The position numbers and the translations under genes are program-made. Shown here one piece after another: positions 27,435-35,949 of a stretch of 39,260 nucleotides of DNA. The stretch is taken from contig JBDRIM010000022.1 of the NCBI GenBank assembly GCA_043816005.1, forward strand, positions 1 to 39,260. Reading direction: 5' to 3'. This DNA is from Candidatus Micrarchaeota archaeon (GTDB lineage: Archaea; Micrarchaeota; Micrarchaeia; Anstonellales; Bilamarchaeaceae). How positions within the stretch are numbered: position 1 is the stretch's first letter; every line of letters starts with the position of its first letter. The notes beneath the pieces are model-generated. The model was not told where the DNA came from. It was given only the letters and a program-made list of their open reading frames with translations, and did not search any database.

Positions 27435-27577
27435 ACCAACTTTTTGGAAAAAAGTTGGACAAAAACCAAATTGTTTCAAAATCCTTTCGGATTTTGGGTT
27501 GTGAAAAACTATTTTTTGCCTCACGGCAAAAAATTAGCAAGACGGTTTTAGTCCTACCTTTTCCTAAAAGGTAGGAA
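27435..27577 (+). other. tRNA intron 2 (143 nt) at canonical 37/38 position
   Basis: BHB: central helix CUUG(27429-32)/UAGG(27572-75), bulges UA|A and AA|A, inner CC/GG; four internal hairpins. Confidence 0.85.
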
Positions 27578-27641
27578 AGGAGCAGGTCGGGGGTTCAATT
27601 CCCTCTAGAGGCTTTTTATTTAAAAAAATATAGGTGAAAAA

Positions 27642-27980
27642 ATGGTAGGTAAGAAAAAATTAACTGATGAAGATATAACTGATGGGAGTGGAATAATGAA
27701 AATTAAAGACTTAAAGCCGGGAACCGGCAGCGTAATGATCGAAGCAGAAGTTGTTTCGATGGATTCTGAACGCGAAATAAACAAATATGGAAGAACATTG
27801 AGAGTTGGAAATGCCACCATAAAAGATGACAGCGGATCAATAACGCTTGTTCTTTGGAATGAACAAATAGATTCTGTTAAAGCAGGGAACAAGATAAAGA
27901 TCGAAAACGGGTATGTAAACGAATGGCAGGGAGCGTCCCAATTAACCTTAGGAAAATTTGGGAAACTTACTGTAGTTTAA
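27642..27980 (+). CDS. ssb: Single OB-fold single-stranded DNA-binding protein
   Basis: KIKDLKPG, ATIKDDSGSITLVLWNEQ, IENGYVNEWQG..QLTLGKFG; GGTGA SD. Confidence 0.88.
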   Translation: MVGKKKLTDEDITDGSGIMKIKDLKPGTGSVMIEAEVVSMDSEREINKYGRTLRVGNATIKDDSGSITLVLWNEQIDSVKAGNKIKIENGYVNEWQGASQLTLGKFGKLTVV

Positions 27981-28344
27981 CAACTCCATTTTCATTTTTT
28001 ACATATACTTGTTTTTCGATGTTGTGTAGTGCTTCTACTTTACAAAGAGTTGGTCGCACTAGTGAAAAGTCATTTTGAGAAAAACGGACTATCCAGACAT
28101 CTGCTAACGTAGATTCAACAGTTATTGCTCGCCCTATATCTATAGATCTAGAATTCCCATCTCCTAAAGCACACACTTCATTTATAGTATTTCCAAGTGA
28201 ACGCGCTGAAGATGCAAAATGAAGCAAATCTACGGTCATGATGGACATGTCTTTAATTGTGATCAAGGCAACTACTGAGATAGAGATAAGTGAAAGTGAA
28301 ACTAGCGATAAAAAGAGATATTCAAAACTAATCTGACCCCTCAT
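27967..28344 (-). CDS. Class III signal peptide (type IV pilin-like) protein
   Basis: MRG/QISFEY followed by hydrophobic helix; ...INEVCALGDG.. typical of archaeal pilin-like proteins. Confidence 0.8.
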   Translation of the reverse strand: MRGQISFEYLFLSLVSLSLISISVVALITIKDMSIMTVDLLHFASSARSLGNTINEVCALGDGNSRSIDIGRAITVESTLADVWIVRFSQNDFSLVRPTLCKVEALHNIEKQVYVKNENGVVKLQ

Positions 28345-28393
28345 TACATCCCCCAGAGTAGAAATAGAAAAGAAAATTAATAAAATAAGAGGT

Positions 28394-29158
28394 TTATCGA
28401 ATATAGCTAACGTTTCTATTAATTACCTCATTCTGTGCTTCCATGGTTTTTTGCACTTCGTCCTGTACTTTCTTCAGGACTTTCTGGCTTTCTGCTGCCC
28501 TTTCATCAAGTTTTTTCAGATTCACCTTTATATCAAGGTATTTGCAAAGCATAATGGTGATTTGACGAGCTGATGCAGTATCAATATACCCACCATGAGT
28601 TTCACCCATAATACACGCACCCTCCATATTTTTGAACTTGCACAATGCAGGCAAAAGCCCGGCAGCACCAACAATTGATCCCTTGGCTTCACCAAAAATA
28701 ACATTGAATTTTTTTAATCGCTCTCGCAACCCATCTGATGTTGCAACTCCAAAAATCCTTCTTTCTTCTGCAATTTTACCTGTACTATAACCACCAACAG
28801 TCAGGATCTCATTTGCATTGATTTTCTGACAATAATCAAGTATTTTGCCTGCAACTTCATATTGACCAACAGAACTTAGAGCCTGGATATCACCAACAAG
28901 TATCAATACATCTCTGTTCTTCCCTTTATAAAGGTAAAAACTGTTTCTTATTAACCTCATGCCTCCCTTTTTAGTCATAAAAACTTGATGTGGAAAATGA
29001 GGGGAAATAAGAGTTGAAACTTTCTTTGCCTTGAGCTCATCTACAAGATATCTACCGACAACTTGGCCTATGAGACCAATTCCAGGTAAACCGGTCAATA
29101 GAACTGCTTTTCGCAATTTTTTTATCTGGGTTTTTTCTATAATAATTGTTTTGTCCAT
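28394..29158 (-). CDS. PAC2 family proteasome assembly chaperone-like protein
   Basis: GLPGIGLIG, FPHQV, GDIQ, TVGGY, IVGAAGLL, GET.GY.D; follows nop10; ATG 29158 is 1 nt after nop10 stop. Confidence 0.88.
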   Translation of the reverse strand: MDKTIIIEKTQIKKLRKAVLLTGLPGIGLIGQVVGRYLVDELKAKKVSTLISPHFPHQVFMTKKGGMRLIRNSFYLYKGKNRDVLILVGDIQALSSVGQYEVAGKILDYCQKINANEILTVGGYSTGKIAEERRIFGVATSDGLRERLKKFNVIFGEAKGSIVGAAGLLPALCKFKNMEGACIMGETHGGYIDTASARQITIMLCKYLDIKVNLKKLDERAAESQKVLKKVQDEVQKTMEAQNEVINRNVSYIR

Positions 29159-29159
29159 A

Positions 29160-29309
29160 TTAAGCACCAAATTTTACTTTCCTGCGATAATCTCCATAGG
29201 GGTCAGTTGGATTAAATTTATGAGGATGTGCAGATATTGTTTGGAGTTTACAATGTAATTCGGAAAGAGTATAACTTTCGCAGAGTTTACAAAATCGCAT
29301 TTTAAACAT
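29160..29309 (-). CDS. nop10: H/ACA RNP protein Nop10
   Basis: MFKMRFCKLCESYTL...HPHKFNPTDPYGDYRR; conserved position after aIF2alpha; not in ORF track. Confidence 0.9.
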   Translation of the reverse strand: MFKMRFCKLCESYTLSELHCKLQTISAHPHKFNPTDPYGDYRRKVKFGA

Positions 29310-29336
29310 CAGATCTGCCCTCAAATTACTAGAGTT

Positions 29337-30095
29337 TTATTCTCTATCAAACTTAAAGTCACAGTTGTTCTTCTGAGCGTAAGTTTTTATATGTTCCAAC
29401 ACACTAAGAAGCTTTTTCTCCCCGGTTTTGTAATCTGGAGCTGTTAATGATATTTTGTATCTTGGTGCACCCAAATAATGCACAGAGATATCATCACTTA
29501 CTTTTAATGCGGATTGTAATGAGTCTACACCATTGGAAGAATAACACATTAGTGTAACGATAGCATCGACAGTCACCACAGGTTTCTTTATACTTTTTGT
29601 TGCGATCTCAACAATTTTTGCTTTAAGCTGTTTAGGAAGATCTAGTTTCTTGAGTGCATCTTCACCTTGCATACTTGTTTCTTTGAAACAACTATAGAGA
29701 TCATCGAAATGGTTTTCAATCTCTTTTTTAATAGATACAGGATCAGAAGTTACTTTTGAAGTTTTTATTGCGATTTCAAGAAGTTTGTCGCCTCGCTTTT
29801 CGTTCTGCACCAGTTCAAATTTTGCTTTTTTCTCTTCTTCACTAACTCTCTTTATTGAAACATCGACTTGGTTTTTCTCACGATCAACATGATGAACCTT
29901 CACAACATGGCGCTGCCCTTCTGAGATAAATTCATGGATGTTCTTAATCCAACGTGGCGCAACTTCTGAAACATGCAAAAATGCATCGATGTTATTATAT
30001 TCTGGAAGTGTACAGAATGCACCATATGCTTGAATTTTTTTTATTATCGCAATGACTAATTCGTCTTCTTCAGGTAGTTCAACTATCCAAATCAC
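29337..30095 (-). CDS. eif2a: Translation initiation factor aIF-2 alpha (start uncertain: GTG 30095 or ATA 30086)
   Basis: LPEEDELV, YGAFC.LPEY, LHVSEV..WIKNI S1 domain, DVSIKRV, YLGAPRY. Confidence 0.93.
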   Translation of the reverse strand: MIWIVELPEEDELVIAIIKKIQAYGAFCTLPEYNNIDAFLHVSEVAPRWIKNIHEFISEGQRHVVKVHHVDREKNQVDVSIKRVSEEEKKAKFELVQNEKRGDKLLEIAIKTSKVTSDPVSIKKEIENHFDDLYSCFKETSMQGEDALKKLDLPKQLKAKIVEIATKSIKKPVVTVDAIVTLMCYSSNGVDSLQSALKVSDDISVHYLGAPRYKISLTAPDYKTGEKKLLSVLEHIKTYAQKNNCDFKFDRE

Positions 30096-30246
30096 CCAAA
30101 ACTTCGCCGTGGATAACTGCAGTTCCACCAGATGGATGAGCTAACGGTTCTTTACACCCATTACATTTCACTATAGCAGAAGTATGGCTGAAGACAACTT
30201 GCTCGTTACCACATTTGCATTTGACTTTTAGATATTTACCAGACAT
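30079..30246 (-). CDS. rps27e: 30S ribosomal protein S27e
   Basis: MSGKYLKVKCKCGNEQVVFSH...VKCNGC..LAHPSGG; between L44e and aIF2alpha; not in ORF track. Confidence 0.92.
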   Translation of the reverse strand: MSGKYLKVKCKCGNEQVVFSHTSAIVKCNGCKEPLAHPSGGTAVIHGEVLGDLDS

Positions 30247-30254
30247 ATATTCAC

Positions 30255-30536
30255 CTAAGATTTAAACTCGATTTTCTTTGTAGTTCTTCCGCCCACAACG
30301 CGTTCCTGTTTTTTCTTGCATACGCTGCATTGTAAAACAAGTTTTTGCCGTTTTCCCTGCTTCTTGACTGTTTTTTCACCAGCCCTTTTACTTCCATGTC
30401 CTTTAAGACTTCTATTGTGTGCTCGGTTACCTTTTGCCATGGTTCTGGCTCTGCCCTTACTGGCAGCCTTAACCTTATGCAATTTGTGAGATTTGCAATA
30501 AGGACAATATGCATTTACTTCTTTTGGATATTTCAT
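30255..30536 (-). CDS. rpl44e: 50S ribosomal protein L44e
   Basis: MKYPKEVNAYCPYCKSH..H, KGHG, LQCSVC. Confidence 0.93.
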   Translation of the reverse strand: MKYPKEVNAYCPYCKSHKLHKVKAASKGRARTMAKGNRAHNRSLKGHGSKRAGEKTVKKQGKRQKLVLQCSVCKKKQERVVGGRTTKKIEFKS

Positions 30537-30606
30537 GTTTTATCACCATAATTAAAAGACTTAAACCGTAGTTCAAGAATCTTTCATAGTTTCATTTTTA
30601 ATGTAA

Positions 30607-31122
30607 TTATAATATTTCTGCCATACCTGCTTTAAGAAGCCATTCTGCTTCTGCTTTGGGGATCAGCTGTTCATCCCCTTGTTTGAATGGTCCGTATATA
30701 CTGTTATCAAGACCACGATATTGTGAAATATCTTTTAGAACCTTGATCCTGCGCGAATTCCCCGCATCAGGATCTTCTGCGGTCCAGATGGTATGTTTTT
30801 GTTCTCTTGATTTCTTAATAATCGAAGATAACTCTTTTAACATTTCCTTTTCTTCTAAAGTAAGTCCAATAACTTCTTTTTCGCCTCTGACTGACATGAG
30901 AACGATTTTTTCTTCACGTTTTGCTATTATTGCTATAACTATCTTTTTGATATTTTCATATTCTTTTATTGCAAGTAACGACTTTGAGGAGACGGCTTCA
31001 GTATTTTTTTTTGCAAGAAGCTGTGAGACTGAGTGATAAAAATCACCAGACAGCTTTACAACTGCTGATGAATCCATCTCACGTTTCTGTATCTCTCGAA
31101 GTTCAGAATAATTAAGTACCAT
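30607..31122 (-). CDS. GINS complex subunit (Gins15/51-like)
   Basis: L..DFY, EYENIK...REEKI, LT.EEK, B-domain RG.D..IYGPFK.GD...P..A..L..G.A; conserved position upstream of L44e; start at ATG 31122. Confidence 0.8.
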   Translation of the reverse strand: MVLNYSELREIQKREMDSSAVVKLSGDFYHSVSQLLAKKNTEAVSSKSLLAIKEYENIKKIVIAIIAKREEKIVLMSVRGEKEVIGLTLEEKEMLKELSSIIKKSREQKHTIWTAEDPDAGNSRRIKVLKDISQYRGLDNSIYGPFKQGDEQLIPKAEAEWLLKAGMAEIL

Positions 31123-31210
31123 ATCGACCAACCGATTTTTTATGGTCGAAGATATACAAGTCATTGTGACTCTGTATAAACCCGCTAGGATAAAGTATCA
31201 CGTTGGGTTT

Positions 31211-31924
31211 TTATTTGTTCTTCTTAGGATTGATCTTCTTTTTTGATTTGTAGGGTTTTGTAATTTTCTCAATTTTTGAGGGTTGTTTTTTTGATTCCTT
31301 ATCGAGTGGCATAAGCCCTTCTGCTTGTGGTTTTTTTTCTTCTCTTTTCAATACTGCCCTACCCTCAGTCATTGGCTTTGCATATTGTATGGGCATTTTG
31401 GCGTCATACACTATTGCATGTTGGATTAGTGGTTTTTTCTTAAGCCTCAGCATATAAAGTGTTTCTGAAATTATGGATGATAAAATACCCATTTTTTTTC
31501 TTTGAATTATCGGGGTTAGAGAGATCTTTTGCCCTGGTCCTATTGGTGCTCCGCTGACTAGTTCCCATTTGGTTTTTTCAGCATCAACACAGGTTTTACA
31601 AAGTTTCCTACCATTGAGGATATATACTAATCCTTCAAGATTACGACCACAACGATCACAGACTTCTGTATAAATTATCGTCGTTAATTTTGGTTTCCTT
31701 ATTGTTGGTTCATTAATCCTTCGATCTTCATCTCTCATATCCATTATGCAATATGGACAGGCTAACTGACCTTTATGGTATTGCAATTCGCTTGCTGGAA
31801 GGTACATACGGCACCTCCAGCAGGGTTTATTTAAACCATAGAATACACACGCATTACAATAGGCCTGACCATCAGAACCATATTCTGTTGGACCACTGGT
31901 ACCACATCTTGAACATAAACCCAT
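31211..31924 (-). CDS. Hypothetical protein with six CxxC motifs and Lys-rich tail
   Basis: CSRC/CNAC, CWRC/CPYC, CDRC/CKTC pairs. Confidence 0.75.
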   Translation of the reverse strand: MGLCSRCGTSGPTEYGSDGQAYCNACVFYGLNKPCWRCRMYLPASELQYHKGQLACPYCIMDMRDEDRRINEPTIRKPKLTTIIYTEVCDRCGRNLEGLVYILNGRKLCKTCVDAEKTKWELVSGAPIGPGQKISLTPIIQRKKMGILSSIISETLYMLRLKKKPLIQHAIVYDAKMPIQYAKPMTEGRAVLKREEKKPQAEGLMPLDKESKKQPSKIEKITKPYKSKKKINPKKNK

Positions 31925-31954
31925 ATGAGGTACTCACGAGAAGAATTAAAAAAG

Positions 31955-32698
31955 TTAGTGGCTGTCAAGATAATGGATCGTATTTTTGTTTTTAGTTTTT
32001 ATTCTCCTTACTTGCTCCTTCAAGCTCACTCCAATGTGTGACAATGCTTCTTGAAGTGCAAGTTTAAATTGTTTTGAATTTGCATTGATATAATTTTTTT
32101 CAGCCCAATTATTCATCTGGTTTCTGACAGTATTCACCATAATAGATGTTGTTTTTGTTAAATTTCTGTTTGTCAAATGAACAAGTTTGAGATTCACACG
32201 AAAAAAGAACGAGTCGCCTTCTTTTCTGTTAAAGTTTACAACCAATGGTAATGTTATCTTTATATTTGCAAGTTTATCCACGGATTTGGAAGTCGCAAGA
32301 TCAATCACATATGGCTTATCTCTTGTACCTACACTTAGCACAGTAAGTTCAGATGGGCTAAAACTACTTGCCATCATAGATACCATATTGCATCTGAAAG
32401 AATGAACAGTTGTATCATGAAGATATTTATTCAGGGCAACATTTTGATTTTTCACAAGCCAGTCTTGTACAAATAGGATTTGCTGTTCTCTTGGAAGAGA
32501 TTTTGCCTGGTCAAATATTTTTTTTACTGGTTCCTTTGGAAAATGAATAACAAGATAACCGTTTTTTGCACTTAATAGAGGTAGAGTAAGAGTTATTGAT
32601 GTTACTTCGTCGTCTGTTTTTTCAATCTTTGGAACAATCATCTTGACAGCTTTTTCATTGGACATTGTTACAAATTCCACGCTTGATTGTGATATCAT
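31955..32698 (-). CDS. Hypothetical protein
   Basis: 247-aa ORF, no recognisable motif; fills the gap co-directionally. Confidence 0.6.
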   Translation of the reverse strand: MISQSSVEFVTMSNEKAVKMIVPKIEKTDDEVTSITLTLPLLSAKNGYLVIHFPKEPVKKIFDQAKSLPREQQILFVQDWLVKNQNVALNKYLHDTTVHSFRCNMVSMMASSFSPSELTVLSVGTRDKPYVIDLATSKSVDKLANIKITLPLVVNFNRKEGDSFFFRVNLKLVHLTNRNLTKTTSIMVNTVRNQMNNWAEKNYINANSKQFKLALQEALSHIGVSLKEQVRRIKTKNKNTIHYLDSH

Positions 32699-32868
32699 AA
32701 CATGAATAGGATAATAAAAATTATAAATCAGTAGATTTTGTCTACGGGGGTTTATTCCGTATTAGTTAGAATTGTTTCTCCTTAATATTTGAACAATTAA
32801 CTTAATTTATCAGATTGTCCTCTTTTATCATTAAGACTAAACAAACTCGAGATAATTAGATAAATTAG

Positions 32869-32894
32869 AAAAAGAAAAATAAAAAATAAAAAAA
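32869..32894 (-). terminator. Oligo-T terminator of the S-layer gene
   Basis: TTTTTTTATTTTTTATTTTTCTTTTT on minus strand immediately after stop. Confidence 0.6.
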
Positions 32895-32896
32895 GG

Positions 32897-35677
32897 TTAT
32901 TGAACCTTTTGTAGTTGGGCTACGAAGTCTTGGGCTGCTTCGAGAGTATCTACTGCGTCTGTACCAGCGACCACAATCTTTGATCCCTGAACGACTTCTC
33001 GTACAACCTTTCTTTCTACTGTCCAATCTACTGGGGTACCCTGCAACAGACCTGCTGTTACGCTGTTAACTTTGTCACCACCGACGGACACCAAAGTGTT
33101 TACACCAACGGCATCAGAGTCAAGTACGACTAAGTTACCATAGGTTCCGGTGTATGGCATTGCAACAGTAACTGATGGGGCATTGTTTGGCATAATGACT
33201 GCCGAAACGCCTTCCATGTCTGCTGTACATGCTGGTGCACCACCTGCTGCGCTGCATGCGCCTACAGTTTCAGTTATTTCAAGAACTTTAACTGTTACGC
33301 CGCTTACAGTTGTTGATTCACCTTCACCAAGAGTTACAACAGTCGCAGATGAATCTTCGACAGTTGAACCAGATGATGCAAGGAACCATTCTGCATGTGC
33401 AAGCTTGTGTGCCATCTGAAGGGTTATAGAACTTGCTGAAATTGCGCTCAATCTAGAACCTCTTTCAGATACAAAACCAACATCGACTTTGGCATTTGTC
33501 CATTGTGTGGTGACTGGACCGGCATAGAAGTAACCAAGTTCTTCATTGTCTGACATAAGCCAAACATCGCCAGTTACATTGTATCCATCAAAGTCAAAGG
33601 TTGCATCTTCTGGAGAATCTGAATTAATTTCATCTACACCCAAAGTCCAGTAGTCTGCAAACTCTGCTGGATATGCTTTTTCTGCGATACCGATATAGAA
33701 AGAGTCGGTTCCAGTATTTATAGTGTAGTTATTATGCTCATCAGATAGGTTCATCAATTCACCAAGAGCATCATCAGTTCCAGAGAATGTGCTATTCTGT
33801 ATAACCATCATACCTCCTGGATTAGTGCTGCTGATGAAGTTGGTATCACCATCTCCAATTGCAGAGTATTTTACTTCCAATGGTTCTGTGTAGTTGTGAT
33901 AACCATAGTCACCATTCAAAGATACTCTCATGAAGACTGAACCAGGCCTTAGACCGGCTGAGGTTGCTGACAACCCACAAGTTGCACCTCCAAGTGCTAT
34001 ATAGAAGCTGTTGTCTGACAATCCATCAGTTGATGAAACATCATCTCTGTCAGTAATAAATACTGCTGATGATGAACTCGAATCAACTTGCATATATGGT
34101 GCTTCGATGGTACAGTTTGTCTGAACCGAAGAACTGTTGAGTGGACCACTGCTATCAGAAATTGTCTTATCTGATGTCTTCAGTTGGAATTTCAAATTCA
34201 CTCTATCTGAAGAAGCAATATCCAATCCCTTGTAGGTTAATTTCCATGCAGTTGGATCTTGAACAATTGAGAGATAATCTCCTACTGTCAAAATATTATC
34301 ACCGCTGCTGGAAATTTCTTCTACATCGTCTGCGTAGAGGACAATGGTTCTTAAGGTATCTGCATCGTTGTCAGTTGTAGTACCGCCTTTGTTCTTCCAA
34401 CCAAGAAGTACCTGATAACCATTGTTCAGGTTGTTGGATGCATCAAGTTCATCGCCGTCAGACAATTCAAGCTCTTTAGAGTAAATTGCTACATCAGCCC
34501 ACTTTGCACCAAATGTATAACCTGGAGCAACTTTGTAGACGTGGAATCTGTAGGTTTTACCATTGACATTGAATTCCTTTGTTGTTGCTGGGTCAACCTT
34601 GTCTTTTTTCAAGACATTGCCATTGGCATCCAAAATCGACAAAATTGCCGATGTAGAGTCACCGTGGGCTTCAAGGTCATCCAATTGGAATTTCAAATCA
34701 TCAATTGGTAAAGATTCACCCTGGTTCAAAATACCAGAGACTGCTTCTTTTGCCAACCAAACTGTTCCGCCGTTTTGAAGTTCATATTCATTAGTTAAAC
34801 CATCGTCACCTGGATGTTCCATTTGGCTTATAATCCATTCTTCACCCAAGAAGTTAATTTTAACCTTGTGTGTTGCTGTTTCATAGTCCTCTGTACATTC
34901 TGTGTAGTCATTACTTGAATTTGATTTTGTACAGTATGGAATACCAAGTTCATCAGAACCTGGGCCATCGAACTTCAAAGTGTAAGCCAAGAAGTCAATT
35001 CTTCCAACAACATCTTCAACATCGGTATCATAGTGGTTGTCTCCTCTAAGCCACAAATATTGATATTCAGTGTATACATTGCTTGAATCTGGATCAGTTA
35101 TTGTGGTTGTTTCAAATGGTGTGAATTCAGTTCCACTGATTCTATACATCAATGTTTCTGATATACCAAGGTCATTTCCAGATGTACCATCCGTGAATGG
35201 GTTTGCAGTTGCAGATGTATCTATACCACCAGCAGTGTATGCACTGTCAGTATCAGAGATGTTGTTTATTTCTCTGTCTACAAGCTTTCTGTTCAAGTAG
35301 TCACCGATTAGGTTGTCACCTGTCCAGGTTCCTGCTGCAACTGAGTTTGGAACAGTTATTTCCAATTTTGCTTTCTCGTTGCTAATTGCACAGGTTCCGC
35401 TTCCTTCATCTGTTGATGTACAGGTTGCTGTACCAGATACTTGAGCGGTTAAGGTTGTGCTCTTATATGCTTCACTTACAATCTTTCCAGCAATCAATGC
35501 AGCTGCGACACCATCGCTTGGTGCTCCATTGCTTCCAACAACAACTTTTGCCACTGGGGCCCCATTGTCATCGACCAGCGTAGTTGATCCGAACATAAGT
35601 CCGGCAAACGCTGCAGAGCTGGCCAAGATAGTCGCACCCGCGACAATTGCGCCAATTTTCTTCAAGTTTACTTTCAT
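32897..35677 (-). CDS. S-layer protein
   Basis: KKIGAIVAGA signal peptide, VVVGSNGAPSDGVAAALIA N-terminal block, LVVLDSD...LVSVGG..VNSVT C-terminal block; acidic, Thr/Ser-rich, several N-x-S/T sequons. Confidence 0.9.
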   Translation of the reverse strand: MKVNLKKIGAIVAGATILASSAAFAGLMFGSTTLVDDNGAPVAKVVVGSNGAPSDGVAAALIAGKIVSEAYKSTTLTAQVSGTATCTSTDEGSGTCAISNEKAKLEITVPNSVAAGTWTGDNLIGDYLNRKLVDREINNISDTDSAYTAGGIDTSATANPFTDGTSGNDLGISETLMYRISGTEFTPFETTTITDPDSSNVYTEYQYLWLRGDNHYDTDVEDVVGRIDFLAYTLKFDGPGSDELGIPYCTKSNSSNDYTECTEDYETATHKVKINFLGEEWIISQMEHPGDDGLTNEYELQNGGTVWLAKEAVSGILNQGESLPIDDLKFQLDDLEAHGDSTSAILSILDANGNVLKKDKVDPATTKEFNVNGKTYRFHVYKVAPGYTFGAKWADVAIYSKELELSDGDELDASNNLNNGYQVLLGWKNKGGTTTDNDADTLRTIVLYADDVEEISSSGDNILTVGDYLSIVQDPTAWKLTYKGLDIASSDRVNLKFQLKTSDKTISDSSGPLNSSSVQTNCTIEAPYMQVDSSSSSAVFITDRDDVSSTDGLSDNSFYIALGGATCGLSATSAGLRPGSVFMRVSLNGDYGYHNYTEPLEVKYSAIGDGDTNFISSTNPGGMMVIQNSTFSGTDDALGELMNLSDEHNNYTINTGTDSFYIGIAEKAYPAEFADYWTLGVDEINSDSPEDATFDFDGYNVTGDVWLMSDNEELGYFYAGPVTTQWTNAKVDVGFVSERGSRLSAISASSITLQMAHKLAHAEWFLASSGSTVEDSSATVVTLGEGESTTVSGVTVKVLEITETVGACSAAGGAPACTADMEGVSAVIMPNNAPSVTVAMPYTGTYGNLVVLDSDAVGVNTLVSVGGDKVNSVTAGLLQGTPVDWTVERKVVREVVQGSKIVVAGTDAVDTLEAAQDFVAQLQKVQ

Positions 35678-35820
35678 TAATTCACCTCAATTTTTTTTCA
35701 CCGCCCATTGTGTAGGGCCGCCTAAAATAATTATCGGCGGTGGTTTTTTTCTCTTACGGCCCAATCTCAGACGAGAGTTCCCATCTGAGCTCTAAGATAG
35801 GGTTTACCCTATCTCAGTTG
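35678..35820 (-). promoter_or_regulatory. Long structured 5' UTR of S-layer mRNA
   Basis: Hairpins 35792-35817 and 35766-35789 (G-U pairs on minus strand), GC stems among 35699-35762, GAGGTGA SD. Confidence 0.6.
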
Positions 35821-35840
35821 AGAGAGTGTCAGTCAAAATC

Positions 35841-35881
35841 TTTATAAACGTTGCTCTCATACCGAAACTCTGGTTTATAAA
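35841..35881 (-). promoter_or_regulatory. Two TATA boxes (TTTATAAA at 35841-35848 and 35874-35881) upstream of S-layer gene
   Basis: Consensus archaeal TATA; proximal box lies ~24 nt upstream of first leader hairpin. Confidence 0.55.
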
Positions 35882-35949
35882 TTACAGTTTTTACTTAGAC
35901 AATAGACGCAGTACATATACGTCCATAAACGTTTAAGACCTTAATTACT

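Larger units (their letters stand above)
27346..27613 (+). tRNA. tRNA-Thr(UGU) with two introns (27361-27413 and 27435-27577)
   Basis: Spliced: GCCTCTG TA GCTC AGTGGTA GAGC G GCTCT CT TGT AA GGAGC AGGTC GGGGG TTCAATT CCCTC TAGAGGC T; all four stems pair; U73 discriminator; T-tract follows. Confidence 0.9.

Noticed and set aside
27316..27574. ORFs 27316..27540 (-) and 27368..27574 (+)
   Set aside because: Lie over the tRNA and its palindromic introns; no homing-endonuclease motifs and they cross exon sequence
30251..30514. 87-aa alternative-frame ORF over rpl44e
   Set aside because: Shadow ORF of a conserved ribosomal gene
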